Source of the DNA: a virus
Strand: one strand, 5' to 3'
IMG/VR virus record: IMGVR_UViG_3300013117_000027
DNA: 64,000 nucleotides
Positions 57,094 to 64,000 of this stretch are shown here, in pieces (position 1 is the first letter of the stretch; every line of letters begins with the position of its first letter). The notes under the pieces were generated by a model that worked only from the letters and a program-made list of their open reading frames with translations, was not told the origin of the DNA and did not search any database. Both the position numbers and the translations under genes were made by a program.

Positions 57094-58230
57094 ATGAAGA
57101 TACTTGTAAGAGGACCTTACTCACAATCAGGTTTCGGCGTTGCCTGTATAGGACTTATCAAAGTCCTGTTAAACGCTGGTCACGACGTTCAGTTTATCCC
57201 ACTTAATACTAACCCAGGACAACATAAGATAGGATTCTCTCAAGAGCTTGCTACACTTATAGATAGTCTCGTGGTAGATGAGGACGCAAAGAAACATACT
57301 GAAGTAGGAATAGATGTAGGAAGTCTTATCTATGGGCTTTCTGTTCCGCCTTTAGAAGTTGATAAGAATATACTGTACTGCACAACAGAGACAACAGACA
57401 TACACGAAGACTACGTTGCTATGATGAACGAAAAGTATGATGAAATATGGACAGCTACTAATTTTAATAAGATAGGTTTCATGTCATCTGGCGTTAGTAA
57501 TACTATTAAAGTACTACCTCACGTCATAGATACTGATCACTTCAATCCGGAAGCATTGCCACTGAACATAGCTAATAAAAGAGAGTTTAACTTTGTTGCT
57601 AACTTTGATCTATCATATAGAAAAGGATTACACTTACTACTCCCAGCATATACGGAAGTATTTGATGCGGATGATGATGTTGCGTTGATACTTAAGATTA
57701 CTAACAATAACTTTAAGGATAGAAATGCTGCTGTTCAAAAACTGAATGAGTTATTCTTTATGATGGATATTAATAGTAAAAAACATGCACCTATACTGTT
57801 CATGTTTGATATGTTACCAGATAACTATCTACCAGGACTTTATACAACAGGTGATGTTTATGTGGCACCTAATCTAGGGGAAGGATTCGCACTTCCTATT
57901 GCTGAGGCAATGGCGTGTGGTATTCCACCTATTGTGACAAGATGTGGTGGACCATTAGACTATGTTAATAGTAAGAGTGGATTCCTTGTATCATTAGATA
58001 AAGAGAAATCTACTATACCTATTCAAGATCAATCATTACTACAACGTGACCCTCGATACAGAGGAAGAAGCATCTTTAACATAGACATAGAATCTTTAAA
58101 AGAGAAGCTAAAAGATGCACACTTAAACGCAACAGAGACAAAAGAAAAAGGATTAAAAGCTAGAGAGCGTGTGCTTTCAAAGTTATCCCTAGAAGCAGTC
58201 ACTAAGAAACTAGAGAAGATACTATGTTAA
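57094..58230 (+). CDS. GT-B (GT4-like) glycosyltransferase
   Basis: SGFG; LPHVIDTDHFNP; RKGLHLLL; GEGFALPIAEAMACGIP. Confidence 0.9.
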   Translation: MKILVRGPYSQSGFGVACIGLIKVLLNAGHDVQFIPLNTNPGQHKIGFSQELATLIDSLVVDEDAKKHTEVGIDVGSLIYGLSVPPLEVDKNILYCTTETTDIHEDYVAMMNEKYDEIWTATNFNKIGFMSSGVSNTIKVLPHVIDTDHFNPEALPLNIANKREFNFVANFDLSYRKGLHLLLPAYTEVFDADDDVALILKITNNNFKDRNAAVQKLNELFFMMDINSKKHAPILFMFDMLPDNYLPGLYTTGDVYVAPNLGEGFALPIAEAMACGIPPIVTRCGGPLDYVNSKSGFLVSLDKEKSTIPIQDQSLLQRDPRYRGRSIFNIDIESLKEKLKDAHLNATETKEKGLKARERVLSKLSLEAVTKKLEKILC

Positions 58231-58667
58231 GACTTAACTTAGGATGTGGATCCGTCAAACATGACGGGTTCACTAATGTAGATATACTAGACAATGATAA
58301 TGTAGATATTGTTCATGATCTCAATCAGATACCATGGCCGTTCGAAGATGAATCTATAGAGGAGATAATAGCAGAGGATGTGTTAGAACATTTACAGGAT
58401 ACACCAGCTATTATGAATGAAATGTGGAGAATATTAGAAGACGGTGCGACAGCAACCATTCAAGTTCCCGACGTAATAAGAAATCCTCAATCAGCATACA
58501 CCGACCCAACACATATACGTTTCTTCACCGATAGAACATTTGATTATTGGGATGAGAATACAGAGTTTGGTGAGAAGTATGGATACTATTATGATAATAA
58601 ATACTCAATTATACATAAGTCATTCCCTTACGGTAATGTAAAAGTAGTGATGCAGAAGGTGACATAA
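58224..58667 (+). CDS. Class I SAM-dependent methyltransferase (type 11-like)
   Basis: LNLGCG...NVD...HDL..PWPFED; DVLEHL; EMWRIL; DPTH. Confidence 0.85.
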   Translation: MLRLNLGCGSVKHDGFTNVDILDNDNVDIVHDLNQIPWPFEDESIEEIIAEDVLEHLQDTPAIMNEMWRILEDGATATIQVPDVIRNPQSAYTDPTHIRFFTDRTFDYWDENTEFGEKYGYYYDNKYSIIHKSFPYGNVKVVMQKVT

Positions 58668-59377
58668 TGAAAACTATTACACTACCAGTAGCTACAAGAC
58701 CACACTATCTTAGACAAATGCTTGACACTCTTAAAGAGAATAACCTCGAAGGTTATAAGCTATACGTTAATGCAGAACCTAATCAAGCTGTTATAGATGT
58801 TATTAGATCTGTAGACTTTATACCTACTACTGTTATAGTTAATAGAGACAGACTAGGTGTAAGACAAAATCCTTACAACTGTATCCAACGAGCGTTTGAT
58901 GATGGTAGTACGTTTAATGTACACTTAGAAGATGATATAATATTATCACCAGATACATTACAGTTAGCTTCATGGTACTATAAAGAGTACAAAGATAAAC
59001 CTTTGACTCATCTTAACTATGGTATGTTTAACTATAAAAGCAATCCGGATGAACCTGATAAGATTCAAGTTATAGAAGGTAAGTTTATAGGACTAGGATG
59101 GTGTACTTTTAAGGAGTGTTGGAATAAATGGTATAAGCCTTACTGGTTTGACGATAAGATTAACGCAGAGGTATGGTCACCACAGACTGTTGGATGGGAT
59201 TGGTCTATAGCTGCCATAGCTAAGACAGATAACCTTACATCTCTACAACCTTTAACCTCTAGGACTAACCATATTGGAAGAGTAGGTGGTACTTATTGTG
59301 GAGCAGACTTTCACGATAAAACTTTTCCGCAGATAATTATTAACGACGAAGAAGTAGACACATTCGAGGTAATATAA
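58667..59377 (+). CDS. GT-A glycosyltransferase resembling GT13 (GnT-I/POMGnT1) catalytic domain
   Basis: RPHYL; HLEDDIILSPD; GLGW; WDW; P..SRTNHIG..G. Confidence 0.7.
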   Translation: MKTITLPVATRPHYLRQMLDTLKENNLEGYKLYVNAEPNQAVIDVIRSVDFIPTTVIVNRDRLGVRQNPYNCIQRAFDDGSTFNVHLEDDIILSPDTLQLASWYYKEYKDKPLTHLNYGMFNYKSNPDEPDKIQVIEGKFIGLGWCTFKECWNKWYKPYWFDDKINAEVWSPQTVGWDWSIAAIAKTDNLTSLQPLTSRTNHIGRVGGTYCGADFHDKTFPQIIINDEEVDTFEVI

Positions 59378-61452
59378 TGAAAGATAAGAAACTGCTTATT
59401 ACTGGAGGCACAGGTTCCTTTGGGAACGCTGTGCTAGACTTGTTCTTGCCTACTGACATAGGTGAGATAAGAATCTTCTCTAGAGATGAGAAGAAGCAAC
59501 ATGATCTTAGAATGAAGCATCAGAATGATAAGATAAAGTATGTCATAGGTGATGTAAGAGACTATCAAAGTGTTAACGCTGCTATGGTAGGAGTAGACTA
59601 CGTGTTCAGTGCTGCTGCTTTAAAGCAAGTACCTTCGTGTGAGTTCCATCCTATAGAAGCGGTTAAGACTAACATTCTTGGCACAGAGAACGTTCTAAAT
59701 GCTGCTGTTCATAACGGCGTGAAGAAGGTTGTTTGTTTATCAACAGATAAGGCATGTCTTGATTTTCATTCACCTATTGAATTAGACGATGGTACAACTG
59801 TTAAAATATCAGATATTGTTAGAGATAAAAAATGTGTCTCAGTAAAAACATTTGATGAAGATTCTAAAAAGTTTAAGATATCGGAGACAGTTGGATGGTA
59901 TAAAACTAAACTTAATGGAAGAAAAATGATTTCTATTTCTTATGAAAATGGATTAGTCCATGGTAGATATCATCAGCGCGTTTTAGCTACAGAAGATCAT
60001 GATATTTTAACAAGTAAAGGTTGGAAAAGTGCTGGAACTTTATCAAATAAAGATATGATAGTTACTAACGAATATAAACCAAATGATAAACAAAAGTGTG
60101 TTCTTCTTGGGACTATTTTAGGAGATTCATCTTTAGTTAAATCTAATAGTAATAGAGCTTATCTGAAAATGGGACATGCTAAAGATCAACTACAGTGGTT
60201 AAGACTAAAAGCGGACGCTCTAGATATGAACTATAGAAAAGATACTGTTAATATAAATAAAGATAATAGACAAGATTTTTACAATGTATATAGCAAAAGT
60301 AGCGCATATTTAACAGATATTTACGATGATATCTATATTAATAAAGTGAAAATTATTCCAAGAAAAATGTTTGCTGAATGTTTTAATATAGATAGTAAGC
60401 TATTATTATCTACATTATTACAAGATGATGGTTGTATTACACGAGATAACTTAATAAGACTTGCTACACATAGTTTTACAAAAGATGATGTTGAATGGTT
60501 AACAAAATATTTAACAAAGAATGGATATGAATGTAGTCCGTATAAATGTGTTGTTAATAATGAAAAATATAATACTGTTTATTATGAAACAAGATTTACA
60601 AGACGTGGATCTAATAAACTAATCAAAGATTTACGTGGATATTTTATATTAGACTATAAGATTAACTGTGTAGATTCATTTGATAAAACTATATGGAATA
60701 TAAATAATGTTAAAGAAATATATTATGGTAAAGCTATTGTTAATAATCATAAATATATATCAAAAGATGTATATTGTTTAGATATTAAAGATACACATAA
60801 CTTTATTGTTAATAATGTAGTTGTTCACAATTGTTATCCTATCAACGCTATGGGAATGTCTAAAGCTTTGATGGAAAAGGTATCTATAGCTAAGGCTAGA
60901 ACTAACATAGATACTATTATTTGTAATACAAGATATGGTAATGTAATGGGAACTAGAGGATCTGTTCTTCCTGTGTTCATTGAACAGATAAAGAGCGGTA
61001 AACCTATAACTATCACTGATCCATTGATGACAAGGTTTATGATGTCACTACAAGAGGCTGTAGAGTTGGTACTGTATGCGTTTAACCACGGATTACAAGG
61101 AGATACCTTTGTACAAAAATCACCAGCTGCGACAATAGCAGACATAACTGTGGCCATGGCTGAGATATTTAATGTTAATCCTATGTACAAGGTTATAGGC
61201 ACTAGACATGGTGAGAAAAAGCATGAAGTGTTAATAGGTAAGGAAGAGATTTTGGTAGCTTCAGACCGTGGGGCTTACTACAGTGTTCCTATGAACAATA
61301 AGTCTATTAACTACCACAACTACTGTGCAGGTGATGACAGACTTACTCAAAATGAATACTACGGTTCAGATAACACTAACAGACTTAGTGTTAAAGAACT
61401 AGTGGAGTTACTTAGTAAACAAGACTTTGTTAAGGAGGCACTAAGTGCGTAA
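59377..61452 (+). CDS. fnlA: UDP-GlcNAc 4,6-dehydratase/5-epimerase (FnlA/CapE/WbjB family) with intein
   Basis: TGGTGSFG; FSRDEKKQ; AAALKQVPSCEFHP; STDKA|CYPINAMGMSKALME; TRYGNVMGTRGSV; IGTRHGEK. Confidence 0.9.
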   Translation: MKDKKLLITGGTGSFGNAVLDLFLPTDIGEIRIFSRDEKKQHDLRMKHQNDKIKYVIGDVRDYQSVNAAMVGVDYVFSAAALKQVPSCEFHPIEAVKTNILGTENVLNAAVHNGVKKVVCLSTDKACLDFHSPIELDDGTTVKISDIVRDKKCVSVKTFDEDSKKFKISETVGWYKTKLNGRKMISISYENGLVHGRYHQRVLATEDHDILTSKGWKSAGTLSNKDMIVTNEYKPNDKQKCVLLGTILGDSSLVKSNSNRAYLKMGHAKDQLQWLRLKADALDMNYRKDTVNINKDNRQDFYNVYSKSSAYLTDIYDDIYINKVKIIPRKMFAECFNIDSKLLLSTLLQDDGCITRDNLIRLATHSFTKDDVEWLTKYLTKNGYECSPYKCVVNNEKYNTVYYETRFTRRGSNKLIKDLRGYFILDYKINCVDSFDKTIWNINNVKEIYYGKAIVNNHKYISKDVYCLDIKDTHNFIVNNVVVHNCYPINAMGMSKALMEKVSIAKARTNIDTIICNTRYGNVMGTRGSVLPVFIEQIKSGKPITITDPLMTRFMMSLQEAVELVLYAFNHGLQGDTFVQKSPAATIADITVAMAEIFNVNPMYKVIGTRHGEKKHEVLIGKEEILVASDRGAYYSVPMNNKSINYHNYCAGDDRLTQNEYYGSDNTNRLSVKELVELLSKQDFVKEALSA
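59755..60831 (+). mobile_element. Intein (359 aa, LAGLIDADG) in FnlA active-site loop
   Basis: Starts CLDFHSPIEL, ATEDHDIL, LGTILGDS and LLQDDG, ends NVVVHN, +1 Cys. Confidence 0.92.
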
Positions 61453-62551
61453 AGTAATGACGGTTGTAGGAACGCGACCTGAGATCATTAAACTGGCTGA
61501 GGTTATTAAGAAGTTAGATGAACACTTTGAACATATCCTTGTCCACACTGGACAGAACTATGACTATGAACTCAATGAAGTATTCTTTAAAGACTTAGGT
61601 ATACGTGAACCAGATGTCTTTCTTGATGCTGCAAGAGATACAGCTATAAGAACTATTGGGAATATTATGATGGAGATAGAAGCTCAGTTTGAAGAACATA
61701 AACCTGATGCGTTACTTATATACGGTGATACCAATAGTTGCTTATGTGCATACGTAGCTAAGAGAATGAAGATACCTGTGTTTCATATGGAAGCTGGTAA
61801 TCGCTGTTTTGATCAGAGAGTTCCAGAGGAACTTAATAGGAAGGTTATAGATCACATCAGTGACATAAATATGACTGTAAGTGAGCACGCTAGGCAGTAC
61901 CTTATCCAAGAAGGTATACGTCCTGAGACAGTTATAAAGGTGGGTTCATCTATGAGAGAAGTAATGTCTAAGAATATGAAACTCTTAGACTTAAATAGTA
62001 CACTAAGTGATAACAGCCTAATAGAAGGAAAGTACTTCCTTGTGTCTCTTCATAGAGAAGAGAACGTAGATAGTGATAACTTCGAGAAGACTATCGATGC
62101 TTTGAACGGACTAGCGGAAAAGTACAGTTATCCTATCATTGTTAGTACCCATCCTAGAACTAGAGCAAGACTAGATAAGAGTGGGGTAAAGTGTAACGAA
62201 CTTATAAACTTTAGTAAGCCTTTCGGATTTTATGCTTACCAAGAACTACAAATGAACGCAGCGTGCGTAATATCTGACAGTGGAACTATAACAGAAGAGT
62301 GTTCTTTACTGGAGTTCCCAGCGGTTACTATAAGAGAAGCACATGAAAGACCAGAAGGAATGGACAACGGAGTACTTATAATGTCTTCCCTTGATAAGGA
62401 AAGCTTATTAGACTCAGTTAAGATAGCAACGGAGATTCCTCAAGCGCAGGAATACGTAGATGATTACTTTGTAGATGACGTGTCTTGTAAGGTGGTAAAG
62501 ATTATATCTAGTTACATAGATTATGTTAATAGAACAGTATGGAGGAAGTAG
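61445..62551 (+). CDS. fnlC: UDP-N-acetylhexosamine 2-epimerase (FnlC/CapG/WbjD family)
   Basis: VVGTRPEIIK; HTGQNYDYEL; GDTNS; HMEAGNRCFDQRVPEE; HREENVD; SDSGTITEE; ERPEG. Confidence 0.9.
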   Translation: MRKVMTVVGTRPEIIKLAEVIKKLDEHFEHILVHTGQNYDYELNEVFFKDLGIREPDVFLDAARDTAIRTIGNIMMEIEAQFEEHKPDALLIYGDTNSCLCAYVAKRMKIPVFHMEAGNRCFDQRVPEELNRKVIDHISDINMTVSEHARQYLIQEGIRPETVIKVGSSMREVMSKNMKLLDLNSTLSDNSLIEGKYFLVSLHREENVDSDNFEKTIDALNGLAEKYSYPIIVSTHPRTRARLDKSGVKCNELINFSKPFGFYAYQELQMNAACVISDSGTITEECSLLEFPAVTIREAHERPEGMDNGVLIMSSLDKESLLDSVKIATEIPQAQEYVDDYFVDDVSCKVVKIISSYIDYVNRTVWRK

Positions 62552-63363
62552 TGAAAGTATTAGTTTTCGGAGCAAAAGGTATGGCTGGTTATATGATATC
62601 TAAGTACCTTAGAAGTAGAGGTCATTATGTTGTTACAGTATCAAGAGACGACGATACAGACTATACGTTCAGTATAAGATATTCTAATATCTTAGCTCAT
62701 CCTTTACCAGAGTCTATCATTCAGAAAGAAGAACCTGACGTGGTTATAAATGCTGTCGGACTACTTGTGCAAGGTTGTAAAGATGATATACTATCTGGTA
62801 TCCTTGTCAATACAGCGTTTCCACACATGTTAGAATACTTATCTGGATTCTATAAGTTCAAACTTATACATATAAGTACTGACTGTGTATTCTCTGGTAA
62901 GGTAGGTAACTATAAAGAGACTGACCAAACAGATGGTGAGGATAACTATGCTAAGACTAAAGCGCTAGGAGAGGTTACTGGGGAACATTCTCTTACCTTA
63001 AGAACGTCTATCATAGGTCCAGAGTTAAAAGATGGTACAGGCCTATTACATTGGTTTCTAAAACAAGATGAATGTGAAGGATGGGTCAACGCTTTCTGGT
63101 CTGGAGTTACTACACTAGAGTTAGCTAAAGCTATAGATTTCTTTATGCAATCAGATAAGACCGGATTTTATCATCTTACTTCAGACGAAAAGATATCTAA
63201 GTACGACCTACTTAAGTTAATAGCAGAGGTGTACGGCAAAGATACAAAGATATCAAGAATAGCGGCACCTAAGTTCTGCGATAAGTCATTGTTAGATACT
63301 ATCGGGACTTATACGCCACCTAGTTACTATGATATGTTAACGGAGTTAAGAGACTATGAATAG
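62539..63363 (+). CDS. RmlD-like NDP-4-keto-6-deoxysugar reductase
   Basis: GAKGMAG; HISTDCVFSG; YAKTKALGE; LRTSIIG; ISKYDLL. Confidence 0.85.
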   Translation: MEEVVKVLVFGAKGMAGYMISKYLRSRGHYVVTVSRDDDTDYTFSIRYSNILAHPLPESIIQKEEPDVVINAVGLLVQGCKDDILSGILVNTAFPHMLEYLSGFYKFKLIHISTDCVFSGKVGNYKETDQTDGEDNYAKTKALGEVTGEHSLTLRTSIIGPELKDGTGLLHWFLKQDECEGWVNAFWSGVTTLELAKAIDFFMQSDKTGFYHLTSDEKISKYDLLKLIAEVYGKDTKISRIAAPKFCDKSLLDTIGTYTPPSYYDMLTELRDYE

Positions 63364-63555
63364 AATAATAGGACTAACACATAACTATCTCCCTCAAAAT
63401 GGTAGCCTTCTTTGTGGTGCTATGGAAATGAATACGATATACATAAAAGTTTATGGGGACCAGAAGACTTTTTTGATTGGAAACAAATAACTGAAACATT
63501 ATTCCCTGGTTCTAACCAATACTTTATAGGAGTATGGAATGCAACAAATACCTAA
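63356..63555 (+). pseudogene. Possible deletion remnant of a gene (methyltransferase-like tail)
   Basis: Short ATG ORF from 63356, plus a second-frame segment YGNEYDIHKSLWGPEDFFDW...VWNATNT* with no start of its own. Confidence 0.3.
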
Positions 63556-64000
63556 GATTATGCACCTTTATTGGGGCAGGAACAAACCGCTCAGTTTTAT
63601 GAGATACCTAACTCCTTACTCGTTTGCTAAATATAATTCTGATTGGACGATTAAGATATATTCCCCCTTGGCCCCCGGCAAAGAACCCACATGGACTAAC
63701 ACAACAGAAAACAAAGCTGAGTTAGATGTTGAATGTTACTTTAATCGTCTTAAAGATATATCTAATGTTGAGATGATAGAGATAGACTTCAAGAACGATA
63801 CTAATGACGTCTTTAGGTCTGATAAACTCAGGTTAGAGTTGTTGTCCACTGAAGGTGGACTATGGTCTGACTTCGACATTTTGTACTTCAAACCTATAAC
63901 ACAGATGTGTGTCATAGACGCTAGTACACAGATGTGTGTCATAGACGCTAGTACATACATGTCTTACAATAAATGGTCAAGAGATCCTAATGATTGGTAC
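63539..64000 (+). CDS. GT32-like (DXD sugar-binding) glycosyltransferase, partial, runs off the right edge
   Basis: MQQIPKIMHLYWG...RSDKLRLELLSTEGGLWSDFD; AGGAG SD; absent from the ORF track because it has no stop in the window. Confidence 0.85.
   Translation, partial: MQQIPKIMHLYWGRNKPLSFMRYLTPYSFAKYNSDWTIKIYSPLAPGKEPTWTNTTENKAELDVECYFNRLKDISNVEMIEIDFKNDTNDVFRSDKLRLELLSTEGGLWSDFDILYFKPITQMCVIDASTQMCVIDASTYMSYNKWSRDPNDWY
63899..63952 (+). repeat. 27-bp in-frame tandem duplication
   Basis: ACACAGATGTGTGTCATAGACGCTAGT x2 (TQMCVIDAS x2). Confidence 0.9.

Noticed and set aside
1830-63960. Numerous short antisense or alternate-frame ORFs in the track (e.g. 7405-7629, 15584-15961, 20382-20750, 33505-33876, 60834-61202, 63736-63960)
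   Set aside because: They are nested in long genes and have shadow-ORF composition with no recognisable motifs
1-64000. Stop-codon reassignment within the phage genes
   Set aside because: Genes tile the window under the standard code, TAG ends genes at sensible boundaries, and no in-frame TGA interrupts conserved genes; reading through the patatin TGA would not restore its frame

Overview
AT-rich fragment of a large tailed (myovirus-like, probably jumbo) phage genome; almost all genes are on the + strand. 1-44.7 kb is a tightly packed virion module. It has two giant (~2,450 aa) proteins: one carries motifs of a single-chain two-barrel RNA polymerase plus a DEDD-like nuclease region, the other a gp27-like baseplate hub. 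It also has gp25-like and baseplate-J proteins, a run of tail/baseplate proteins strongly enriched in Ser-Gly dipeptides, two chimeric HNH endonucleases and a frameshifted patatin. 44.7-53.9 kb is a recombination/replication module: a Cas4-like nuclease, a divergent promoter region with a tandem repeat and hairpin, a Rad52/Sak-like annealase split by a group I intron carrying a GIY-YIG gene in its P1 loop, and an intein-containing primase-helicase. Five sigma70-like promoters with a shared spacer motif lie in this module. 53.9-64 kb is a glycosylation cluster: two GT4 (one with an intein), a methyltransferase, a GT13/GnT-I-like enzyme, an FnlA-like dehydratase with an intein, an FnlC-like epimerase, an RmlD-like reductase and a partial GT32. 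The most interesting hypotheses are virion glycosylation at a Ser-Gly sequon and a virion-delivered RNA polymerase-like protein. No likely intact gene ends in TGA. All assignments come from motif recognition by eye; no database searches were run.
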